From: an uncultured Gammaproteobacteria bacterium
Lineage (GTDB): Bacteria; Patescibacteriota; Patescibacteriia; Patescibacteriales; GWC2-42-12
DNA length: 64,000 bases
Assembly: GCA_964537265.1 (NCBI GenBank)
Contig: CAZHZE010000002.1
Span: 100,861-164,860, forward strand
Reading direction: 5' to 3'
In this document: positions 1 through 7,572 of the stretch, in pieces
How positions within the stretch are numbered: position 1 is the stretch's first letter
How the letters are laid out: the number at the start of each line of letters is the position of its first letter
Notes under the pieces: model-generated
Told to the model about the DNA's origin: nothing
The model's database searches: none
Seen by the model: only the letters and a program-made list of their open reading frames with translations
Position numbers and translations under genes: made by a program

Positions 1-2298
1 AGTGGAACGCCTTTAACAGCAAAGGGCGGCGGCGGAGGAGGAAGATATACCGGTAGTGGTAGCTCTGGAAGTAACGGCGGAAGTGGTGGTGGCGCTGGTG
101 GAGATACTTCTGGAATTTATTCTGGAGGAACGGGTGAAATTGGGCAGGGGTATAATGGTGGCGCTAATGCTAATAATTCTTCTGGCGGCGGCGGTGGTGG
201 CGGTGGTGGAGCCGGAGAAGCTGGCCAAGACGGAGGAATTTACTCCGATGGTTATCCAGCTATGTGGTATGGGGGTAAGGGTGGAGACGGGTTGCCATTT
301 TCTATTTCCGGTTCATTAACTTACTATGGCGGCGGCGGTGGTGGAGTTAGCAATGTTCCTGATAGTGGAGTTAGACCGGGCGGTGCTGGCGGTGGTGGTA
401 GTAGCGCTGATCAAACTCACCATTGTACAGCCGGTGTCGCAAACACTGGTGGTGGCGGCGGCGGCGGTTATTATGCTAATTGGTCTCCGCCAGATTATGG
501 TGAAGCAGGCGGTTCGGGTGTTGTTATTATTAGATATTTAATTAGCGATTTTGATGTAAGAATTTTAAATAGGGTAATTTTTCGTACCTCTCCTGCTAGA
601 GGAGCCACTGGTGGAACTATTACAATTAATGGAGATTATACTATTCATACTTTTAATTCTAGTGGGGCAATTTCATTTCCTAAAGCCGGCAATGTTTCTG
701 TTTTAGTAGTTGGCGGCGGCGGAGGAGGAGGAGATAATTGGGCTGGCGGCGGCGGCGGCGGCGGTGTAGTTTATGAAGCATCACATGCTGTTAACGCTCA
801 ATCCTATTCTATTACAGTTGGAGGAGGAGGTGTGGGGGCAAGTTCTGGGGACGGTGGTAATGGTGAAAATTCAGTTTTTGACAATATAACAGCAGTTGGC
901 GGCGGCGGGGGTGGAGGTTCGATTTCTGGAGGGGGGACTGGAAATAATGGCGGTTCTGGCGGCGGCGGTCAAGTTGTTGATGGTACTGGAGGTTCAGGAA
1001 CAGTAGGACAAGGATATGACGGAGGCGATGCTCTTGGCACTTGGTCTTCTCCTTATTATGGCGCGGCCGGCGGCGGAGGAGCAGGAGAAGTTGGAGAAGA
1101 TGGTCAACCACCAGCGTCTGGCGGAGGCGGAAATGGCGGTGACGGTCTTGCTTATGATATTTCCGGAGTTTCAACATACTATGGCGGAGGAGGCGGAGGA
1201 GGCGGAGTTGATAGTTATACTGTTTCAGCAGGCGATGGAGGTTTAGGTGGAGGCGGAAATGGCGGTTATAATACTGCAGGTGAAAATGGAGATGCTAATA
1301 CTGGAGGAGGAGGAGGAGGAGGAAATTATGCTGATGGTGGTAACGGCGGTTCAGGCATTGTTATTATTAAATATTTAACTAGTGATTTTTCAGATACGAC
1401 TAATAGTATAAGAAAAATAATTTTTAGAACAACCTCTTTATCAGCTCCAGCCGGTGGAACAATTACAACTGATGGAGATTATACTGTCCATACTTTTACT
1501 TCCGACGGGACAATGACATTTTTTAAGGGCGGTAATGTTGAGGTTTTAGTTGTTGGCGGAGGTGGTGGTGGAGGAGAAGGAAATGGAAGCTCTTGGGCTG
1601 GTTCTGGGGGTGGCGCTGGCGGCGTTCTTTATCATCCAGCAAAAATTGTAACAGCACAAGAATATTCAGTAATTGTTGGTAGTGGAGGAGCATCTCATAC
1701 AAAAGGCGAAGACTCTGTTTTTGATGATTTGACCGCATACGGTGGGGGTAAAGGATTAAATTACGAAGAATCAGCAACACCTTCTTTGGCAGATGGTGGC
1801 TCTGGCGGAGGAGGCAGATATAATTTTGGAAGCGGTGGTTCTTCAACTCAAATAAACATGAATGGGGCAACTGGATATGGTCATAAAGGAGGAGATGCTA
1901 CCGCAGGCGATATTTCAGGTAGTGGTGGAGGAGCTGGAGCAGATGGAACTGGTTATTATACAAGTCCAAACGGGGGAGATGGATTAGATATATTTTCTGA
2001 TTTACTTATTGCTGCAAATGCAGGTGTGGATATAAGTGGAACACACTGGATTGCTGGTGGAGGTGCGGCACTTTCCGGAACTGGTGGTAAAGGTGGTGGA
2101 GGAGTTGGAGGTTCAAGCCCTGGAGTACCTGGAGGAGATGGCACTGAAAATACTGGGGGTGGTGGTGGGGGATGTTTTGGTGGGCCAGGTCTTCTAGGTG
2201 GTGCTGGCGGTTCGGGTATTGTTATAATTAGATATTTAACTAGCGATTTTTTAAACAGCGGATCACCCGTAATTTTTAAAACCGGTGTTAGCCTTTAG
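1..2298 (+). CDS. Modular glycine-rich surface/adhesin-like protein (5' truncated by window)
   Basis: Frame is open from base 1 (SGTPLTAKGGGGGG...) into ORF 262..2298. Three tandem Gly-rich modules end in GGSG(V/I)VII(R/K)YLxSDF; modules 2 and 3 start GGTITxxGDYTxHTF. Confidence 0.85.
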   Translation, partial: SGTPLTAKGGGGGGRYTGSGSSGSNGGSGGGAGGDTSGIYSGGTGEIGQGYNGGANANNSSGGGGGGGGGAGEAGQDGGIYSDGYPAMWYGGKGGDGLPFSISGSLTYYGGGGGGVSNVPDSGVRPGGAGGGGSSADQTHHCTAGVANTGGGGGGGYYANWSPPDYGEAGGSGVVIIRYLISDFDVRILNRVIFRTSPARGATGGTITINGDYTIHTFNSSGAISFPKAGNVSVLVVGGGGGGGDNWAGGGGGGGVVYEASHAVNAQSYSITVGGGGVGASSGDGGNGENSVFDNITAVGGGGGGGSISGGGTGNNGGSGGGGQVVDGTGGSGTVGQGYDGGDALGTWSSPYYGAAGGGGAGEVGEDGQPPASGGGGNGGDGLAYDISGVSTYYGGGGGGGGVDSYTVSAGDGGLGGGGNGGYNTAGENGDANTGGGGGGGNYADGGNGGSGIVIIKYLTSDFSDTTNSIRKIIFRTTSLSAPAGGTITTDGDYTVHTFTSDGTMTFFKGGNVEVLVVGGGGGGGEGNGSSWAGSGGGAGGVLYHPAKIVTAQEYSVIVGSGGASHTKGEDSVFDDLTAYGGGKGLNYEESATPSLADGGSGGGGRYNFGSGGSSTQINMNGATGYGHKGGDATAGDISGSGGGAGADGTGYYTSPNGGDGLDIFSDLLIAANAGVDISGTHWIAGGGAALSGTGGKGGGGVGGSSPGVPGGDGTENTGGGGGGCFGGPGLLGGAGGSGIVIIRYLTSDFLNSGSPVIFKTGVSL

Positions 2299-2301
2299 TT
2301 T

Positions 2302-5265
2302 ATGAATAATTTATTAGAAAATTTAAACAAAGAGCAATTAAAAGCTGTTTTACATAAAAACGGACCGCTTTTAATTGTGGCCGGAGCCGGCACAGGTAAA
2401 ACTACGGTTATAACTCAGCGCATCGCTTATTTAATTGAACAGGGTTTGGCTAAATCAGATGAAGTCTTAGCTTTAACTTTTACGGAAAAGGCGGCTGCGG
2501 AAATGGAAGATCGAGTCGGTTCGCTACTGCCTATCGGTTATTTTGATTTATGGGTTTCAACTTTTCATAGTTTTGCTGAGCGAATTTTAAAAGAACATGG
2601 CCTAACTATTGGTTTACCCGGCGATTTTAAATTGCTAAATGAATTTGAGCAATGGGCTTTAGTTAAAAAGAATTTAGATAAATTTGAATTAGATTATTAT
2701 CGACCGTTAGGCAATCCAACTAAATTTATTCGCGCCATGCTAAAACATTTTTCTCGCGCTAAAGATGAAGATATAAGTCCGGCTAATTATATTAAATATG
2801 CCGACGAACTAAAACAAAATTTAGATAGTATGCTGTCCGGCGCTTCAGATAAAATAATAGTCGAACAGGAGGTCGCGCGCATTAATGAAATTGCTAACGC
2901 TTATCATGTTTATCAACAATTATTATTAGATAATAGCGCTATAGATTTCGGCGACTTAATAAATTATACTTTAAGATTATTCCGCGAGCGCCCAGCAATT
3001 TTAGAAAAATATAGAAAACAGTTTAAATATATTTTAGTAGACGAATTTCAAGATACTAATTGGGCGCAGTATGAATTAGTAAAGCTTTTGTCTGAACCGA
3101 CTAATAATCTTACTGTAGTCGGAGATGATGATCAATCAATTTATCGTTTTCGCGGTGCCTCTATGTCTAATATTCTGCAATTTTCTAAAGATTATCTGAA
3201 AGCTGAAAAAATAGTTTTAACTAAAAATTATCGCAGTCAGCAAAATATCTTAGATTTGTCTTATGAATTTATAAAACAAAATAATCCTAATCGATTGGAA
3301 TGGCAATTTAAAAAAGATAAAAATTTAAGTAAAAAACTAATAGCCGAAAATTCCGGTCAGGGTGAAATTGCGGTTATTCAAGGCGCTGATTTAAATCAAG
3401 AAGTAAAATTAGTAGCTGATAAAATAATTGAATTAAAAAAGAAAAACAAAAATTTAAGTTTAAGCGATTTTGCGGTTTTAGTGCGCGCTAATGATTCGGC
3501 TAATGATTTTATGGTTGAATTTGATCGCCGTGGCTTGCCTTTTATTTTTGGCGCTTCAAAAGGACTTTATGCCAAACCGATAATTATGGACATAATAGCT
3601 TATTTTAAATTATTAGATAATTATCATGAAAGTTTGGCGTTATGGCGTATTTTAAATTTATCGATTTTTAATTTTACTTCTGAAGAATTAGTTAATTTTA
3701 ACCATTTAGCTAATAAAAAAGCTTGGTCGCTTTTTGAGGTCATAAATAGCGGTAGCGTTTTAAAATTTTCGAGTGAGTTAGAAAATAAAATAAAACCGGT
3801 TTTAGCTTTAATCTCTAAACATTCAATTTTGGCGCGGGAGAAATCTATTAGCGAAGTTTTTTTGGCTTTTATGAATGACAGCGGTTATTTAAAATATTTA
3901 TCTAGTTTAGGAGATCCAAAAACAGGCGAAGCCATTGCTTTACTTAATCAATTTTTAAAACGGGTGCAAAATTTTGAAAGTTCTTCAGACAATAAAAACG
4001 TTAAAGCATTTTTAACCGAATTAAATTTAGAAATGGAGGCCGGGGAAGAAGGTAGTTTAGAGGCTGACTTAGATATTGGTCCGGAGGCCGTAAAAATTTT
4101 AACTGTGCATGGCACTAAAGGTTTAGAATTTAAATATGTTTTTATTAGCAATTTAGTTGATAAACGTTTCCCGACGATTGAAAGAAATGAACAGATTAGC
4201 TTGCCGGATGCTTTAATTAAAGAAATTTTACCAGTTGGCGATGTGCATTTAGAAGAAGAGCGACGTTTATTTTATGTAGCTATTACACGCGCTAAAAACG
4301 GTTTATATTTTTCCTGGGCCGAGGATTACGGCGGTAAAATTAAAAAGAAACCGTCAAGATTTTTACAAGAACTTGGGCTAATAAAAAAAGGCGCGAGCGA
4401 AATAAAAAAATCTCAAATTACGAATTATGAATTACAAATTACGAATAAAGAAGAAAAGCAAAAATCTAAAACGGAAAATTTTATTATTCCTGGGCATTTT
4501 TCCTATTCGCAATTAGCCGCTTACTCAGCCTGCCCATATCAATATCGTTTTGCCCATGTTTTAAAAATCCCAACCATGGGTAAAGAACAGTTTTCTTTTG
4601 GTAAAACTTTGCATTCAACTTTGCAGAAAATATTTATTTTACTTAACGAAAAAAAAGGTTTAGGCCAGGCCGGTTTATTTGATAATAAAATTAATAAATC
4701 AAAAGAAGATATAACTTTTGAAGAAATTTTAAAACTTTACGAAGAGAGCTGGATTGATGATTGGTTTGAATCTAAAAATAAAAAGCAAGAAAGAAAAAAG
4801 CAGGGTCAAGTTATTTTAAAAGGTTTTTATGAAAAATATAAAGCTAATTGGCCATCGGCGCTATATCTAGAAAAGGGTTTTAATTTAAAAATTAAAAATG
4901 GCCAAGATTTTTATATTATAAGAGGCGCGATTGACCGAATTGATCAAGTTGATGGCGGGTTAAAATTAGTTGATTATAAAACCGGCAAGCCAAAAAAAGA
5001 ACTTAAATTTGACGATAAAGAGCAATTATTAATTTATCAATTAGCGGTTCAAGAATTATTTAAACAAGAAGTTAAAGCTTTAACTTTCTATTATCTTGAC
5101 GATAATAGCGAATTTGAATTCATTGGCTCTACTAAAGATTTAGAAAAGATAAAAAATAAAATTATTGATACTATAGAAGAGATAAAAAAAGGTAAATTTA
5201 AAGCCAGCCCGGGCGCTTTATGCGCTTGGTGCGATTTTAAAGAAATTTGTGAGTTTAGAGGTTAG
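2302..5265 (+). CDS. UvrD/PcrA-family SF1 helicase with C-terminal PD-(D/E)XK (RecB/AddB/Cas4-like) nuclease
   Basis: Motifs AGAGTGKT, LVDEFQD, VGDDDQSIY, NYRS, TVHGTKGLEF, EERRLFYVAITRAK. C-terminal GAIDRID...LVDYKTG, and Cys in CPYQY and CAWCDFKEIC. Confidence 0.9.
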   Translation: MNNLLENLNKEQLKAVLHKNGPLLIVAGAGTGKTTVITQRIAYLIEQGLAKSDEVLALTFTEKAAAEMEDRVGSLLPIGYFDLWVSTFHSFAERILKEHGLTIGLPGDFKLLNEFEQWALVKKNLDKFELDYYRPLGNPTKFIRAMLKHFSRAKDEDISPANYIKYADELKQNLDSMLSGASDKIIVEQEVARINEIANAYHVYQQLLLDNSAIDFGDLINYTLRLFRERPAILEKYRKQFKYILVDEFQDTNWAQYELVKLLSEPTNNLTVVGDDDQSIYRFRGASMSNILQFSKDYLKAEKIVLTKNYRSQQNILDLSYEFIKQNNPNRLEWQFKKDKNLSKKLIAENSGQGEIAVIQGADLNQEVKLVADKIIELKKKNKNLSLSDFAVLVRANDSANDFMVEFDRRGLPFIFGASKGLYAKPIIMDIIAYFKLLDNYHESLALWRILNLSIFNFTSEELVNFNHLANKKAWSLFEVINSGSVLKFSSELENKIKPVLALISKHSILAREKSISEVFLAFMNDSGYLKYLSSLGDPKTGEAIALLNQFLKRVQNFESSSDNKNVKAFLTELNLEMEAGEEGSLEADLDIGPEAVKILTVHGTKGLEFKYVFISNLVDKRFPTIERNEQISLPDALIKEILPVGDVHLEEERRLFYVAITRAKNGLYFSWAEDYGGKIKKKPSRFLQELGLIKKGASEIKKSQITNYELQITNKEEKQKSKTENFIIPGHFSYSQLAAYSACPYQYRFAHVLKIPTMGKEQFSFGKTLHSTLQKIFILLNEKKGLGQAGLFDNKINKSKEDITFEEILKLYEESWIDDWFESKNKKQERKKQGQVILKGFYEKYKANWPSALYLEKGFNLKIKNGQDFYIIRGAIDRIDQVDGGLKLVDYKTGKPKKELKFDDKEQLLIYQLAVQELFKQEVKALTFYYLDDNSEFEFIGSTKDLEKIKNKIIDTIEEIKKGKFKASPGALCAWCDFKEICEFRG
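4415..4446. repeat. In-frame heptamer array (AATTACG-type)
   Basis: aattacg-aattatg-aattaca-aattacg. 27 bp are identical to 38598-38624 in recG. Confidence 0.8.
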
Positions 5266-5362
5266 CCCTGTTAAATCAAAGTGCGCATTTTTGAAAAAAG
5301 AATATTAAATAAAGCATTGAGTTAATTGTTGTAAAAATTTATAAAAAATTATTTAATCGGGG
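5266..5362. repeat. Palindromic element with CCCYGTTAAAT...ATTTAAYGGGG ends (copy 1, intergenic)
   Basis: ccctgttaaat (5266) ... atttaatcgggg (5351-5362). Confidence 0.6.
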
Positions 5363-5404
5363 TTGAAAATTTAGCCATAAAATGTTAAAGTAAAGTTATA
5401 ATTT

Positions 5405-5830
5405 ATGTCTTTGCGTCTATATTTATTAATTATGTCAGCCATGACGGCGTTATGCGCCGTTATGTTTGGTTATATTCTATTTACGGTTGATCCGCAAACT
5501 ACAAATAGCGTAGGTTTTTTTCTTTTTTATCTGTCTTTATTTTTATTGGTTAGCGGCGCGACGGCTATTATTGGTTTTATAATTAGATTTATAATTTTTC
5601 GCCATGAGCTAATTATTAATACTGTAAAAGTTGCTTTTCGCCAGTCATTTTTTTTCGCCGGTTTTATCGTAGCAGTTTTACTTCTGCTTTCTAAAAATTT
5701 ATTAAGCTGGTTAAATTTAGCAATTTTAATAATCGGTTTATCCGCTTTAGAATTTTTTCTTTTAAGTTATAGTCGCCAAGGCGTCATGCCGGCCTCCGAA
5801 CCGGCATCCAGTAGTGAACAAAAGGAATGA
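5405..5830 (+). CDS. Four-TM membrane protein, hypothetical
   Basis: 141-aa ORF with four hydrophobic segments. The C-terminal tail is encoded by a REP-like element. Confidence 0.8.
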   Translation: MSLRLYLLIMSAMTALCAVMFGYILFTVDPQTTNSVGFFLFYLSLFLLVSGATAIIGFIIRFIIFRHELIINTVKVAFRQSFFFAGFIVAVLLLLSKNLLSWLNLAILIIGLSALEFFLLSYSRQGVMPASEPASSSEQKE

Positions 5831-5831
5831 C
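5783..5831. repeat. REP/RPE-like GTCAT...ATGAC element overlapping the gene 3' end
   Basis: gtcatgccggc-ctccgaa-ccggcatccag ... ggaatgac. Confidence 0.55.
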
Positions 5832-6112
5832 AATATAAAGAGAAAAATAAAATTAGTTGTCATTGAATCACTGAAATAATTATTTTTAATCGTTGTGTGT
5901 CATACACCACAGTAACGCTGCCGCGGGCCTTACTTTCTGCAACCAGAAAGTGAGCAAAGAGTTTTGGTGGTTTTCGATTGGCTATCACATTGATTAAAAT
6001 ATTTACTGTAAGCCTTGTCGCCAACTCAAACCCCCAAACCCCCGGGTGATTTAAAATATATTAATAAATAACTATTTAACAATTGTTTAGAAACTGAAAA
6101 TTAGAAATAATT

Positions 6113-7138
6113 ATGCAAGAGAAATTACAAAAATTAAAACAAGAAATTTTAAATCAATTGGCTGAAGTTAAAAAGCCGGAAGTTTTACGTGATTTAGAAA
6201 TAAAATATCTTGGTAGAAAAGGCGAGCTTACAAAAATTTTAAGAAGCGTAGCTGATTTAAGCGTGGAAGAAAAAAAGACTTTAGGAAAAATGGCTAATGA
6301 AATAAAGATCGAATTAATTAATAAATTTGAAGAAGTTAAAGCTGATTTAGGAAAAAATGTTAGCGCTGATTATGTTGATGCGACGTTACCTGGTTTAGAA
6401 ATTAAGCAAGGACATTTGCATCCTTTAACTATTTTACAGAACGAGATTGAAGATTTATTTTCTTCACTTGGCTTTATGGTGCTCGATGGTCCGGAATTAG
6501 AAAGCGATTATTATAATTTCACGGCTTTAAATATTCCTCCTTTTCATCCGGCGCGCGACATGCAGGATACTTTTTATATTGATCATACTAATAAAGACGG
6601 TCAATATGATATGTTAATGCGCACGCAAACTTCGCCTATGCAAATTAGAGCCATGCAAAAATATGGCGCGCCCATAAAATGCGTTGTGCCAGGCCGTTGT
6701 TTTAGAAATGAAGCAACCGACGTACGTCATGAACATACTTTTTATCAATTAGAAGGTTTAATGATAGATGAGAATATAAATTTTAGTAATTTAAAGGCTA
6801 TTTTAGAAGTTTTAGGTAAAAAATTGTTTGGACCGGATACAGTATTTAGAATGCGTCCAAAATTTTATCCGTTCGTTGAGCCGGGTTCTAATGGCGAATA
6901 TTCTTGTTTTTTATGCTCGGGTATTGGTTGCCGTTTATGCAAAAATACTGGTTGGTTGGAAATCGTCGGTTGCGGTATGGTGCATCCAAGCGTTTTAAAA
7001 GCCGGTGGCGTTGATCCAAAAAAATATCAAGGTTTCGCTTTTGGTTACGGCCTAGATAGATTAGCTATGTTAAAATATGGCATTAATGATATTAGATTAT
7101 TCCATAGTGGTGATTTAAAATTTCTTAAGCAGTTTTAA
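6113..7138 (+). CDS. pheS: Phenylalanine-tRNA ligase alpha subunit
   Basis: HPARDMQDTFY, RTQTSP, FYQLEGL, YPFVEP, GFAFGYGLDRLAML. Confidence 0.98.
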   Translation: MQEKLQKLKQEILNQLAEVKKPEVLRDLEIKYLGRKGELTKILRSVADLSVEEKKTLGKMANEIKIELINKFEEVKADLGKNVSADYVDATLPGLEIKQGHLHPLTILQNEIEDLFSSLGFMVLDGPELESDYYNFTALNIPPFHPARDMQDTFYIDHTNKDGQYDMLMRTQTSPMQIRAMQKYGAPIKCVVPGRCFRNEATDVRHEHTFYQLEGLMIDENINFSNLKAILEVLGKKLFGPDTVFRMRPKFYPFVEPGSNGEYSCFLCSGIGCRLCKNTGWLEIVGCGMVHPSVLKAGGVDPKKYQGFAFGYGLDRLAMLKYGINDIRLFHSGDLKFLKQF

Positions 7139-7194
7139 GTAGTTGGTTAGTTAATTGGTTGATTAGTTAAGAAGTTTATAAGATATTATAATTT

Positions 7195-7566
7195 ATGGCG
7201 ACAGGGTTAGAAAATTTAAAAATATATAAACTGGCCGCGCGATTAGAAGTTTTTATTTATAAAGTAACAGAAAAATTTCCAGTAGATGAAAAATATAATA
7301 GTATAAGCCAACTAAGAAGATCGTCATTATCAGTCGCAAATAATATAGCTGAAAGTTATGGTCGTCATTCTTTTAAATCAAAAATAAATTATTTATACAT
7401 TGCTAGAGGAGAAGTGGAAGAAACAAGAAGTGGAGTTGATAGAGCCTATAAAAAAGGCTTTATTACAGAAAAAATGTCTAATTTTATAGTTGAAAAATAT
7501 ACAGAGCTTTTAAAAGGCATTAATTCATATATAAAATTTTTAAAAAACCAAAAAACTAAAAACTAA
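7195..7566 (+). CDS. Four helix bundle protein (23S rRNA IVS protein / Avd-like family)
   Basis: LENLKIY, FPVDEKY, SQLRRSSLSVANNIAESYGR, YIARGEVEET. Confidence 0.9.
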   Translation: MATGLENLKIYKLAARLEVFIYKVTEKFPVDEKYNSISQLRRSSLSVANNIAESYGRHSFKSKINYLYIARGEVEETRSGVDRAYKKGFITEKMSNFIVEKYTELLKGINSYIKFLKNQKTKN

Positions 7567-7572
7567 TTAACT

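Noticed and set aside
13-2144. Short alternative-frame ORFs over the Gly-rich gene (and similar ones over pheT, radA, pilB and the fibre genes)
   Set aside because: Shadow ORFs overlapping well-supported genes, with no motifs of their own.
5880-6112. T-box riboswitch upstream of pheS
   Set aside because: No GGTGGNACC T-box motif or terminator/antiterminator pair found.
7195-7566. Avd of a diversity-generating retroelement
   Set aside because: No reverse transcriptase or TR/VR pair in the window; differences between the fibre paralogues are not restricted to adenines.
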